Shown here: positions 47,553 to 55,816 of the stretch, piece after piece
How positions within the stretch are numbered: position 1 is the stretch's first letter
Layout: every line of letters begins with the position of its first letter
Origin: Candidatus Levyibacteriota bacterium
GTDB lineage: Bacteria; Patescibacteriota; Microgenomatia; Levybacterales; UBA12049
NCBI GenBank assembly: GCA_027459725.1
Contig: DAIDHK010000001.1
Coordinates: 195,411-259,410, forward strand
Direction of reading: 5' to 3'
Length of the DNA: 64,000 nucleotides
Position numbers and translations under genes: made by a program
The notes under the pieces: generated by a model
What the model was told of the DNA's origin: nothing
Database searches by the model: none
What the model saw: only the letters and a program-made list of their open reading frames with translations

Positions 47553-47944
47553 TCACATCGTATCTAGTAACAATCGAAAACTCAAATTCTCAGCTTCTTC
47601 TAGATTAAGCCAACCGATTGCGATGCATTTATCAGGCTCATTGATTACAGGTATACCAAGTATAATTTTACTAATATAAGTAGGATAAACCCAATGCTGC
47701 TTTTCTTCAGGAATGATATGATCACATTTTCCCAGCAGTTCCAAGATTTCAATCTCTAATCCTAATTCTTCTCTAATCTCTCTTTTAATTGCCTGCTCAA
47801 AAGTTTCTCCAAACTCTACACTTCTTCCGGTTATTTCCCATTTACCTCTTTCAATTTTAGCTTTTTCTCCTCTCTGGGTATCCTTTCGGAGTTAATAATA
47901 GCCGCACCAACGCCCCCCCCGATATAATCAATTCCCCGTTGCAT
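47553..47944 (-). pseudogene. Frameshifted NUDIX hydrolase
   Basis: ATG 47944 gives MQRGIDYIGGGVGAAIINSE. After a shift near 47880 the frame reads QRGEKAKIERGKWEITGRSVEFGETFEQAIKREIREELG (Nudix box) and continues into ORF 47553-47744. Confidence 0.82.
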
Positions 47945-47984
47945 AATTTATTTAAAATATATAGAGTATATCAATTAATTGCAC

Positions 47985-48605
47985 ATGGTAAACAAAACTC
48001 AATTAACAGATCGTGATAAAAAATTAAAAGATATTTTAAATAGGATTTGGCAACTTAAGGAATCCCCTTTATATAAATATAGAACCGAAAACCATTACTA
48101 TCCCGTAATTGGTGAAGGATCACATGAAGCTAGAATTATGTTTATTGGAGAAGCGCCCGGAGAGAACGAAGCAAGAACAGGTCGCCCGTTTTGCGGTGCC
48201 GCAGGTAGATTATTGGACCAGTTATTGGAATCTATAAATTTACAAAGGGCAGATGTATATATTTCCAATATAGTAAAAGATCGTCCACCTAATAATAGAG
48301 ATCCTTCACCCGAAGAAATAGAATTATATTCACCCTTTTTGGATGAACAAATAAATATAATTCAGCCGAAAATCATTGCTACTTTGGGTAGATTTTCTAT
48401 GCAATATGTTCTAGAAAAATTTAATTTACCTGAATCAGGACAAACTATTAGTAAACTCCATGGTAGAGTACTTAAAACGAAAACTGTTTATGGCAAAATA
48501 ATGGTTTTCCCACTCTATCATCCTGCTGCTGCATTGTATACTGGTTCCTTAAAAGAAACTTTAATGAAGGATATGCAAAAATTAACTAATGTTCTATCAG
48601 AGTAA
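47985..48605 (+). CDS. Uracil-DNA glycosylase, family 4-like
   Basis: GEAPG, GRPF.G.AG, N.VK.RPP.NR.P, YHPAA. Confidence 0.9.
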   Translation: MVNKTQLTDRDKKLKDILNRIWQLKESPLYKYRTENHYYPVIGEGSHEARIMFIGEAPGENEARTGRPFCGAAGRLLDQLLESINLQRADVYISNIVKDRPPNNRDPSPEEIELYSPFLDEQINIIQPKIIATLGRFSMQYVLEKFNLPESGQTISKLHGRVLKTKTVYGKIMVFPLYHPAAALYTGSLKETLMKDMQKLTNVLSE

Positions 48606-48613
48606 GTTGGTAT

Positions 48614-48934
48614 TTAGAGAAATGCTCCGCCCAACGCATAAAAGATTAAACCTACAACTACTGCCAAAACCAACAAACTTGATAACCCTGCAAAGACCAA
48701 TATTCCCAGTATAGACAAAATCCAAAAAATGAGAATAACTCCAGCAATTTGTCTAAAAGGAGATGGTAATACGCCTACAATTGTAGCCAGAACCAACAAT
48801 ATTAATAAATCCCATAATGTAATAACTTGATTATTAATGGTAAAAATTGGAATATTGGGGATCACTAATCCGCTAACATGAATATAGCCCAAAAACCAAA
48901 GGACAGCCAGAATAATAATTAATGCCCCAATCAT
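48614..48934 (-). CDS. Small, highly hydrophobic multi-TM protein
   Basis: 106 aa, almost entirely hydrophobic; TATAAT-6nt-ATG. Confidence 0.75.
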   Translation of the reverse strand: MIGALIIILAVLWFLGYIHVSGLVIPNIPIFTINNQVITLWDLLILLVLATIVGVLPSPFRQIAGVILIFWILSILGILVFAGLSSLLVLAVVVGLIFYALGGAFL

Positions 48935-48940
48935 AAGATG

Positions 48941-48994
48941 ATTATAAATTACTACCGTTTAAAAGGAATCAAAATTAGGTAAGTAACTAGTAAG
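48941..48994 (-). promoter_or_regulatory. Direct-repeat promoter 1 (CTTAC-N6-CTTAC-N32-TATAAT)
   Basis: Plus-strand GTAAG at 48979 and 48990; -10 at 48941-48946. Confidence 0.7.
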
Positions 48995-49007
48995 AAAGGC
49001 TGAGGCA

Positions 49008-49043
49008 AATAAAAGAGGAATGATAACACATTCCTCTTTTATT
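49008..49043. terminator. Perfect 15-bp hairpin terminator after the GlsB-like gene
   Basis: AATAAAAGAGGAATG-ATAACA-CATTCCTCTTTTATT. Confidence 0.85.
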
Positions 49044-49054
49044 AAAAATATATA

Positions 49055-49297
49055 TTAGTGGTAAATTACTCTACCTATCCATATGAGCACCACAGCTCCT
49101 ACTAAGGCAACAATTACACTATATAAATTGAAACCATTCACTCCCGGCTGACCCAGCAGGTTCATTAGAAACCCCCCTACCAATCCACCTATTATTCCTA
49201 AGATAATGTCTGCTAAAATACCATGACTTGATTTCATGATAATTGAAGCTAAATATCCAGCAACTGCACCTAATATTATCCAAGCAATTAAACCCAT
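49055..49297 (-). CDS. GlsB/YeaQ/YmgE (transglycosylase-associated) stress membrane protein
   Basis: IAWIILGAVAG.LAS.IM...DIILGIIG..VGG.L...GFN..S...A..GAV; strong SD AAAGGAGGTG. Confidence 0.9.
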   Translation of the reverse strand: MGLIAWIILGAVAGYLASIIMKSSHGILADIILGIIGGLVGGFLMNLLGQPGVNGFNLYSVIVALVGAVVLIWIGRVIYH

Positions 49298-49322
49298 ATT
49301 CCACCTCCTTTCGTTGGTATTA

Positions 49323-49376
49323 ATGTTAAATAAGATGTTCTAAAAGCGGGTATAAGAAAGGTAAGGATAAAGTAAG
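49323..49376 (-). promoter_or_regulatory. Direct-repeat promoter 2 (CTTAC-N6-CTTAC-N32-TAACAT)
   Basis: Plus-strand GTAAG at 49361 and 49372; -10 at 49323-49328. Confidence 0.7.
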
Positions 49377-49383
49377 ACCTGAT

Positions 49384-51582
49384 TTACTGTTTTCTAGCTA
49401 TAGCCCTTTGATATGGTAATATTAAAGAGAATGTTGACCCTTTTCCCTTTTTACTCTGTATTCTGATCTCTCCGTCATGACGCTGGGCTATTTCATGTGA
49501 TAAATACAACCCTATACCCAACCCGGGAATTCCTCTAGCCTCTTTGTCTCTGATTTGATAAAAACGGTTAAATATCTTTGAGATGTGTTTTTTATCAATT
49601 CCTATTCCGAAATCCTCCACTGAGACGATGCATTTGTTCGATTCTAATATAGCTACAGTAACATTCACTCTATCTGAATCGGGAGAATATTTAATCGCAT
49701 TAGTAATCAGATTGATTATTATTTGTCCAACTCTATCTCTGTCACCATTAACAATGGCATCTCCAAATATTTTAAATGATAGTTTATGTTTATCCAGCGT
49801 AGGTTGAATCATCTCTACGATTTCTCTTGTAAGATCACCTATTGAAAAATTCTTATAATCAAATAACATTTTCCCAACTCTAATTCGTGAAATATTAAGT
49901 AAATCTTCTATTAATTTACTTAACTTATCTATCTGGGAGTCCATGCGTTGTAAATAAGTATTTTCAGTTAACAGTCTTTTTTTCTGTAATTGTTTATTAA
50001 TTACTTGAATATAGACTTTCAAACTAGTCAAAGGTGTTTTTAGTTCATGAGAAGCTATACTGATAAACTCATCCCGAAGTTTAGTAGCCATCTGTGCCTG
50101 ACGATATAATCGTGCATTTTCTATAGCTAATGATGCTCTTGCAGATAATTCTTCAGCAATGACTAAGTCCATATCTGTGTAATGGATGTTAGGATTAGTA
50201 CTCAAGAAAGTCATTGTTCCTAAAGTTTTATGACGAGAGAACAGAGGAACTATAATTACAGATTGTAGATTAAGTCCATTGACAATTTTCTTTGTTTTTT
50301 TATCTTTTATACCTTCAGCAAGCATTTCTGGAGTAATAAGAGGATATAATTCAGACTTACCTGTATTAAGAACCCTTCTTATAATTTCTTCGTTCTTTAA
50401 AATAGAAGGAAATAACTCTCGCATTTTCTCAGCCCATATAACTTTCTTAACGTCCGCATTGGTTATAGCTACTGTTTCAATTTCCTTATTGGAATTTACA
50501 ATATCAATTACGCACCAGTCTGCCATATGTCCGATAGCTAATTGAGCAACATTCTTCAGAGTGGTACGGTAATTAAGCGAGGCCGAAAGCACTTGACTTA
50601 CTCCTGCTAAAAAGATCATATGTTTTACTGATCGACGTCTCTCCAGATCTATTCTGTCTAAATCAGTAGCATTTCTCCAAATCAAAATTGTATAAACAAT
50701 AATAGTAGTAACTATCAGCAATAAATATCGATAATTAGTATCATATAAACCCACCCTATAACCAGCTAAAATAATGGCACCCAGTAATAGAGGAGTTAAC
50801 GTTGTCATGAATAAGAGTTTTCTTGCCATCAGACCTCCGGCACTTTCACTAACAACAATCCTCATGACTCCTCTTTCTGGTAAAACAAAAAAAAGTCCTG
50901 CAATTAATAAAGAAAATGCCACTGCATTTAATAACAAAGGTTCCATAAATGTTTTATAAACAAATTGCATATTATAAACATATCCAATAATAGTGGGACT
51001 TAAAATTATCCCTGCCATTAATATAAAAAACTGGCTTACTCGATGATTTAAGATTTTTATATTTAAGGTGAGTAAGGAAATACTAAGTAAAATAAAAAGG
51101 ACTCCAGAAACTGAAGAAGTATTATATATAGAAATTATTCCTGAATATTTCAGAAATGGGGAAATTGGTAATAATGTCCAATTAATATGTACTAATCTTT
51201 CTACTAACGAAAAACTACCGATAAGAAAAACAGTTAAGGCTGAGAAATCACGAATAAATCTAATGAGGAATCTTATATATATATTTCTACTTGATGTTTG
51301 TACAGTTATTAGAGCCATACTGGAAAAGACAAATGCGATCGAGCTTCGGGGATCAATACTTAGAACTCCATTATCAATCAAAAGCGACCATTTATATCTC
51401 CAGCCAATAAAAGATAATATTCCAATAGAAAAAGTCAAAAAACCGCAAAATTTAGAGAATGTCCTTAAGCTTTTAATAAAATTTTCCGGTGAAAATGTAT
51501 AAATAGACTGAAATTTGTTAAAATAATTAGTTATAAATCTTTGATTCTCAGCAGTTCTCGCTCTTGTAAATAGTCTGTTCAT
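49384..51582 (-). CDS. Orphan membrane sensor histidine kinase (multi-TM, GAF, HisKA, HATPase)
   Basis: About 8 TM; GAF (ADWC.ID...SVIIVPL...LGTM); H-box SHELKTPL; N-box NLITNAIKY; DFGIGI; GLGIGL. No response regulator in the window. Start uncertain (51582 or 51621). Confidence 0.92.
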   Translation of the reverse strand: MNRLFTRARTAENQRFITNYFNKFQSIYTFSPENFIKSLRTFSKFCGFLTFSIGILSFIGWRYKWSLLIDNGVLSIDPRSSIAFVFSSMALITVQTSSRNIYIRFLIRFIRDFSALTVFLIGSFSLVERLVHINWTLLPISPFLKYSGIISIYNTSSVSGVLFILLSISLLTLNIKILNHRVSQFFILMAGIILSPTIIGYVYNMQFVYKTFMEPLLLNAVAFSLLIAGLFFVLPERGVMRIVVSESAGGLMARKLLFMTTLTPLLLGAIILAGYRVGLYDTNYRYLLLIVTTIIVYTILIWRNATDLDRIDLERRRSVKHMIFLAGVSQVLSASLNYRTTLKNVAQLAIGHMADWCVIDIVNSNKEIETVAITNADVKKVIWAEKMRELFPSILKNEEIIRRVLNTGKSELYPLITPEMLAEGIKDKKTKKIVNGLNLQSVIIVPLFSRHKTLGTMTFLSTNPNIHYTDMDLVIAEELSARASLAIENARLYRQAQMATKLRDEFISIASHELKTPLTSLKVYIQVINKQLQKKRLLTENTYLQRMDSQIDKLSKLIEDLLNISRIRVGKMLFDYKNFSIGDLTREIVEMIQPTLDKHKLSFKIFGDAIVNGDRDRVGQIIINLITNAIKYSPDSDRVNVTVAILESNKCIVSVEDFGIGIDKKHISKIFNRFYQIRDKEARGIPGLGIGLYLSHEIAQRHDGEIRIQSKKGKGSTFSLILPYQRAIARKQ

Positions 51583-51697
51583 TGTGGCCACTATTGTACG
51601 AGTTATGTAAGTAAATAACAATACTTACCAATATCACTTGCAAGAAAAAAAACTCTGTATATAATTGAAACTGTTCACAGAAAGGGGGTGAAATTTT

Positions 51698-52303
51698 ATG
51701 TTTAAACTTCCTGACCTTCCATATAGTTATGATGCTTTAGCACCATATATTAGTGCCGACATTCAGCATCTTCATCATTCAGCACATCATGCAACCTATG
51801 TAAAGAATCTTAATACTGCATTAGAAAAACATCCTGAATGGCAAAATAAGACTATAGAAGAAATTATTACTTCATTAGATAACCTACCGGAGGATATTAA
51901 GACTACTGTTAGAAATAATGGAGGAGGTCATTATAACCATTCAATGTTTTGGAAAATGATGACGCCAAAAGCACAAGGTAAACCACAGGGGGCAACTTTG
52001 GATAAAATACAACATTTCTTTGGAGAATTCGAAACTTTCAAAGATCAGTTCTCTCAAGGTGCAACAAAAATTTTTGGCAGTGGGTGGCAGTGGTTAATAA
52101 TTGAAAACGGAGAGCTCAAATTAATGAGTACTCCCAATCAGGACTCACCTTTGTCACAAGGTAAAAAACCGCTTTTGGGATTAGACGTTTGGGAGCATGC
52201 CTACTATCTGCAATATTACAATAAAAGAGCTGATTATATTTCAGCTTGGTGGAATATTGTAAACTGGGAGTATGTTTCTCAGCTTTTAGATGAAGCAAAG
52301 TAA
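51698..52303 (+). CDS. sodA: Fe/Mn superoxide dismutase (Mn-type signature)
   Basis: HH..HH..YV, NNGGGHYNHS.FW, FGSGW, NQD, DVWEHAYY; TTGCAA-17-TATAAT promoter and SD upstream. Confidence 0.95.
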   Translation: MFKLPDLPYSYDALAPYISADIQHLHHSAHHATYVKNLNTALEKHPEWQNKTIEEIITSLDNLPEDIKTTVRNNGGGHYNHSMFWKMMTPKAQGKPQGATLDKIQHFFGEFETFKDQFSQGATKIFGSGWQWLIIENGELKLMSTPNQDSPLSQGKKPLLGLDVWEHAYYLQYYNKRADYISAWWNIVNWEYVSQLLDEAK

Positions 52304-52305
52304 AA

Positions 52306-52355
52306 ATTACCTCTCTTTACATACAACTAGTACTTTCATGTAACAGAGAGGTAAT
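52306..52355. terminator. Long hairpin between the convergent sodA and KGG genes
   Basis: ATTACCTCTCT-TTACAT...ATGTAA-C-AGAGAGGTAAT. Confidence 0.7.
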
Positions 52356-52371
52356 CTATTTGAAAAGTCTT

Positions 52372-52536
52372 TCACTTTTTTCTGTGGGAATTTTTACCAC
52401 CTTTCCTACCTATCTCAGACATATGCTGTCTATTTCGGCTTACGGCCAGACCTCCTTTACTGCCGATCATTGAACGCTGATCAGAAGTTAGATTATCCTG
52501 ATGACGTCTGTCGGTATGATTAGTCATTCTTGTCAT
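52372..52536 (-). CDS. KGG-repeat general stress protein (GsiB/YciG-like), not in the ORF track
   Basis: 54 aa MTRMTNHTDRRHQDNLTSDQRSMIGSKGGLAVSRNRQHMSEIGRKGGKNSHRKK; SD AAAGGAGGTGA. Confidence 0.88.
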   Translation of the reverse strand: MTRMTNHTDRRHQDNLTSDQRSMIGSKGGLAVSRNRQHMSEIGRKGGKNSHRKK

Positions 52537-52583
52537 TTACTTCACCTCCTTTCTTAAAAGTACACAGTCTGTGTTACAAAGCA

Positions 52584-52637
52584 ATAATATGTAGTTATCC
52601 TGAGAAACAAACCAAAATCTTGTAGCAAAAATGTAAG
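52584..52637 (-). promoter_or_regulatory. Direct-repeat promoter 3 (CTTAC-N6-gcTAC-N32-TATTAT)
   Basis: Plus-strand GTAGC at 52622 and GTAAG at 52633; -10 at 52584-52589. Confidence 0.6.
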
Positions 52638-52680
52638 AAGCGGGTGTTATTCTGAAAATTAAATAGTTTAGGAGAATTTG

Positions 52681-52753
52681 TGCGTCTGGGAGGACTCGGA
52701 CCTCCGACGTGATGTGTATAAGACATCTGTTCTAGCCGCTGAACTACAGACGC
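52681..52753 (-). tRNA. tRNA with UAU anticodon (nominal tRNA-Ile2(UAU)); CCA not encoded
   Basis: GCGTCTG TA GTTC AGCGGCTA GAAC A GATGT CTTATAC ACATC ACGTC GGAGG TCCGAGT CCTCC CAGACGC A: all four stems pair perfectly; TGgTATACT promoter 10 nt upstream. Confidence 0.9.
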
Positions 52754-52797
52754 AAGCGCAGTAAGTATACCACACGCATGATATGAAAAGAAAAGTT

Positions 52798-55182
52798 TTA
52801 CAACTTAGCTCTTTGTGAAATCTCTGACTCTACAATTTTTACATCTCTACCAAATTTCAAACGGGACAATTCTTTTACTAATTCTGCAACTCTAGCATTT
52901 TTCATTTTGTCCTCTTGAGAAGTATCTTTGGTTAAATCTAAAGAAAAAGGCGGAACCGGTTCTCCATCAACACCTGTTCTTATATAGGCATTAAAGCGAT
53001 CAATATTAATTAAGTCAGCTTCTGTAAATGTCGGAGTAAATTCGTGTTGTAGATAGTTAGCATCAGTTACTCCAACACGAAAAGAAACAATCGTTCCCAC
53101 ATTTCCAAAAATAGCATTTTTAATTTCTTCATCCATCTGTCCAATAAACTGATTGGCAACAATCAAATTAAGTTTATATTTTCTCGCTTCTGATAAAATT
53201 TGCGCAAAATCAGGTGTGGCAAAGTTTTGAAACTCATCAACGTATAAATAAAAATCTTTACGCTGCTCTTTGGGTATATCCTGACGACTCATGGCGGCAA
53301 CTAGAATTTTAGGTACAATAATTAAGCCTAAAAAACTAGAATTTTCTTCACCGATCCTACCTTTTGAAAGATTAATTAATAAGATCTTTCTGTTATCCAT
53401 AACGTCTCTAAACTGAAATGCGCTATATGATTGACCAATAATGTTACGGATCATTTTGTTAGTAACAAAACGTCCGAATTTGGAAGTAATATAATCCAAT
53501 ACTTCAGACTTATGAAAGTCACTTGTCTGGGCAATCTGATCTGTCCAATAACGTCTAACAATTGGATCATCCACTTTAGGTAACAATTCCTGTACAAAAG
53601 CTGGATCTGTTAACACACGCATAACTTCAATAAACGTATTCCCAGGCTCAGACATAACCGTTAACATAGCATTACGTACGGCATGCTCAAAACGCGGGCC
53701 AATAATACCTGTTTTGTTAGGATCAAAAAGCTTATACATTAAACCGATAATCGACGTTACTACCATATGCTTCTGGTCCTCAGATTGTGCTTCCAGCATG
53801 TTCATTCCCATTGGCCTCTCAATATCTGAAGGATCAAATAAAATCACATCTTCTGCCCGCTGCGGTGGAATAAGCTGTAAAATATCCTCTACTAAATCTC
53901 CATGAGGATCTACCACCGCCAACCCTTCTCCTGCTCGAATATCCTGCATAATCATCTCTTTCAAAAATTCAGATTTTCCTGTACCTGTCTTACCTATAAT
54001 ATACATATGTCGCTGGCGGTCAAATTTACTCATATATACTGGTCTGCTAATACCCCTAAAGATGCTCTTACCGATGAATAAACCATTTGATGGCAAGTTA
54101 GACGGGGCTGGTGCTCTTTTTGAGTTAACCCAATGTATACCAGGTGTTGCAACCCCTTTATTGGGGAAATGAAAAATTGTTGCAAGCTCTTCGCTAGTTA
54201 AAACAGATGTATGATCCCATAGTGGCCAATAACGATAGACGAAATCCGTAATAAAAGCACCCTTCATACGAATTTTAAGTTTTTTAAACTCATTCGATCC
54301 GCCATACTGACTAAAACCATTAATTATATTAGAGAGATGCATATTTGCAGCCTCAGTAGAACTTGAAGAAACAACAACCCTAATAGTAGTATCAAAACCT
54401 GGTTTGGATATCTTATTTTCAATACCCTCCAGCTCCTTACTGTCGACTGAATATTTCGCAGTTTCCGGATTTGACTCACTTTTTTTGGTTTTAGCAATAT
54501 ACGCTTTGCCTTGCGACTTCCAATGTTTATCGGCAGGACTTATCAGAATTTGAACAGCTATACCTTCCCCTTCTCCCATCTTGGCTAGTGTGGATGTAAT
54601 AGAGGCCATGGGATCAACAGGAAAATCTTTAAATACTTTAATTGGATAATAAGAAGCAGATTTTAATTTTAAGGAAGCGTATGCAACTTTTCCTGTTTCC
54701 GAAAAAATATTATATTCCCCACCCAGAATAGAATCGGTTCTCTGATGTGCAGCCGAGTCTCCAACCTCGACAATCAGAGCATCCGGATAAGAACCATTAA
54801 TTTGCTTCTCTACGAAGTCACGAATTTTATTTGGAACATGAATATAATAGCGAATATCTCCGGGCATACCGACTATTTCAAACGAGAGATGTGGTTGGGG
54901 ATGCAAAAAATGGAATCTTCCACCCTTTTTTATAGCAGCCAAGCTGGAAAACAACTGTTCGGCAGCATCAATTTTGATCTCATTATCACGTGGTACAGCT
55001 ACCTGAAGTAAAGTTGAATTCAGAGCATCCTCTTCACGATGTCTATACTTATACCACAAAAAAAATATATACCCCACGAGAGCCAATAAAGCAAAAAAAA
55101 TTAAGAAACCTGCAGCAAATAACACCAGACCTATTAATAGTCCTGTCGGATCTCCAGCCAAAAATGAACTTACCACATCCAT
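52798..55182 (-). CDS. Membrane-anchored VirD4/TraD/HerA-like ATPase
   Basis: N-terminal TM; RHMYIIGKTGTGKS Walker A; DPHGDL; LYVDEFQNF Walker B; LSEARKY; ANQF; FGNVGT. Confidence 0.88.
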   Translation of the reverse strand: MDVVSSFLAGDPTGLLIGLVLFAAGFLIFFALLALVGYIFFLWYKYRHREEDALNSTLLQVAVPRDNEIKIDAAEQLFSSLAAIKKGGRFHFLHPQPHLSFEIVGMPGDIRYYIHVPNKIRDFVEKQINGSYPDALIVEVGDSAAHQRTDSILGGEYNIFSETGKVAYASLKLKSASYYPIKVFKDFPVDPMASITSTLAKMGEGEGIAVQILISPADKHWKSQGKAYIAKTKKSESNPETAKYSVDSKELEGIENKISKPGFDTTIRVVVSSSSTEAANMHLSNIINGFSQYGGSNEFKKLKIRMKGAFITDFVYRYWPLWDHTSVLTSEELATIFHFPNKGVATPGIHWVNSKRAPAPSNLPSNGLFIGKSIFRGISRPVYMSKFDRQRHMYIIGKTGTGKSEFLKEMIMQDIRAGEGLAVVDPHGDLVEDILQLIPPQRAEDVILFDPSDIERPMGMNMLEAQSEDQKHMVVTSIIGLMYKLFDPNKTGIIGPRFEHAVRNAMLTVMSEPGNTFIEVMRVLTDPAFVQELLPKVDDPIVRRYWTDQIAQTSDFHKSEVLDYITSKFGRFVTNKMIRNIIGQSYSAFQFRDVMDNRKILLINLSKGRIGEENSSFLGLIIVPKILVAAMSRQDIPKEQRKDFYLYVDEFQNFATPDFAQILSEARKYKLNLIVANQFIGQMDEEIKNAIFGNVGTIVSFRVGVTDANYLQHEFTPTFTEADLINIDRFNAYIRTGVDGEPVPPFSLDLTKDTSQEDKMKNARVAELVKELSRLKFGRDVKIVESEISQRAKL

Positions 55183-55189
55183 AATTAAG

Positions 55190-55816
55190 TTATGCCGCTT
55201 TTTCTACTAACGCTAACTTCGACTCCTCCTTTTTACGTAGTTCCTTTATATGAAGTTTATGCAAGATAGATAAAACAAGTACAGCAAGCCAATGCTTAGA
55301 TTCATCCGGAGAAGTAGTTTTTATTATATCAGCAGCCTCATTGCCTGTAAATGGTTGTTGAGGAAACTTCATGCTTGCTGCAATATGAGAATTCATAGGT
55401 ACAGATTCTTTAGCAGGTTCCAATCCGGCTAATTCTTGAGAAGCAGACAATTTTAACTGTTCGTCATCTTTGGATTCTTCAACTCCAATCTCCTTTAATT
55501 CTGCACTTATTTCAGGCTGACTTTCGCTAGCTTCTGAAACATGCATAGCTTCATTAGACCGTATGGGCGTTTGTTCTTTGTGAAGCGAACTAACGGGATG
55601 ATAGGATTGAGAAGATTTAGTTTGAACTTCGCTATTATTCAACTGTTGAATGCGATCGTCCTGACTAATAGTTGCCATAGTTGGTGATGAGCTGGAATGG
55701 TCTTGCATTACATTCACCTGTGTACCAACGGTACCAGGCTGCACTGTTGATTGATCATCAGCTGTTAACTGCGCTAAGGGTTGAGAATTTGAATTCTGTT
55801 GTATACTATCATCCAT
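55190..55816 (-). CDS. Hypothetical protein, largely disordered, with a basic/hydrophobic C-terminal segment
   Basis: Q/S-rich N-terminus, PEIS.ELKEIGV, S.HWLA.L; ends 7 nt before the ATPase start; TGtTAAGAT-6nt-ATG. Confidence 0.7.
   Translation of the reverse strand: MDDSIQQNSNSQPLAQLTADDQSTVQPGTVGTQVNVMQDHSSSSPTMATISQDDRIQQLNNSEVQTKSSQSYHPVSSLHKEQTPIRSNEAMHVSEASESQPEISAELKEIGVEESKDDEQLKLSASQELAGLEPAKESVPMNSHIAASMKFPQQPFTGNEAADIIKTTSPDESKHWLAVLVLSILHKLHIKELRKKEESKLALVEKAA

Noticed and set aside
47913-47920. G8 tract in the NUDIX pseudogene as a phase-variation switch
   Set aside because: Shifting into the NUDIX frame at the tract hits TAA before the real lesion near 47880, so slippage cannot restore the protein.
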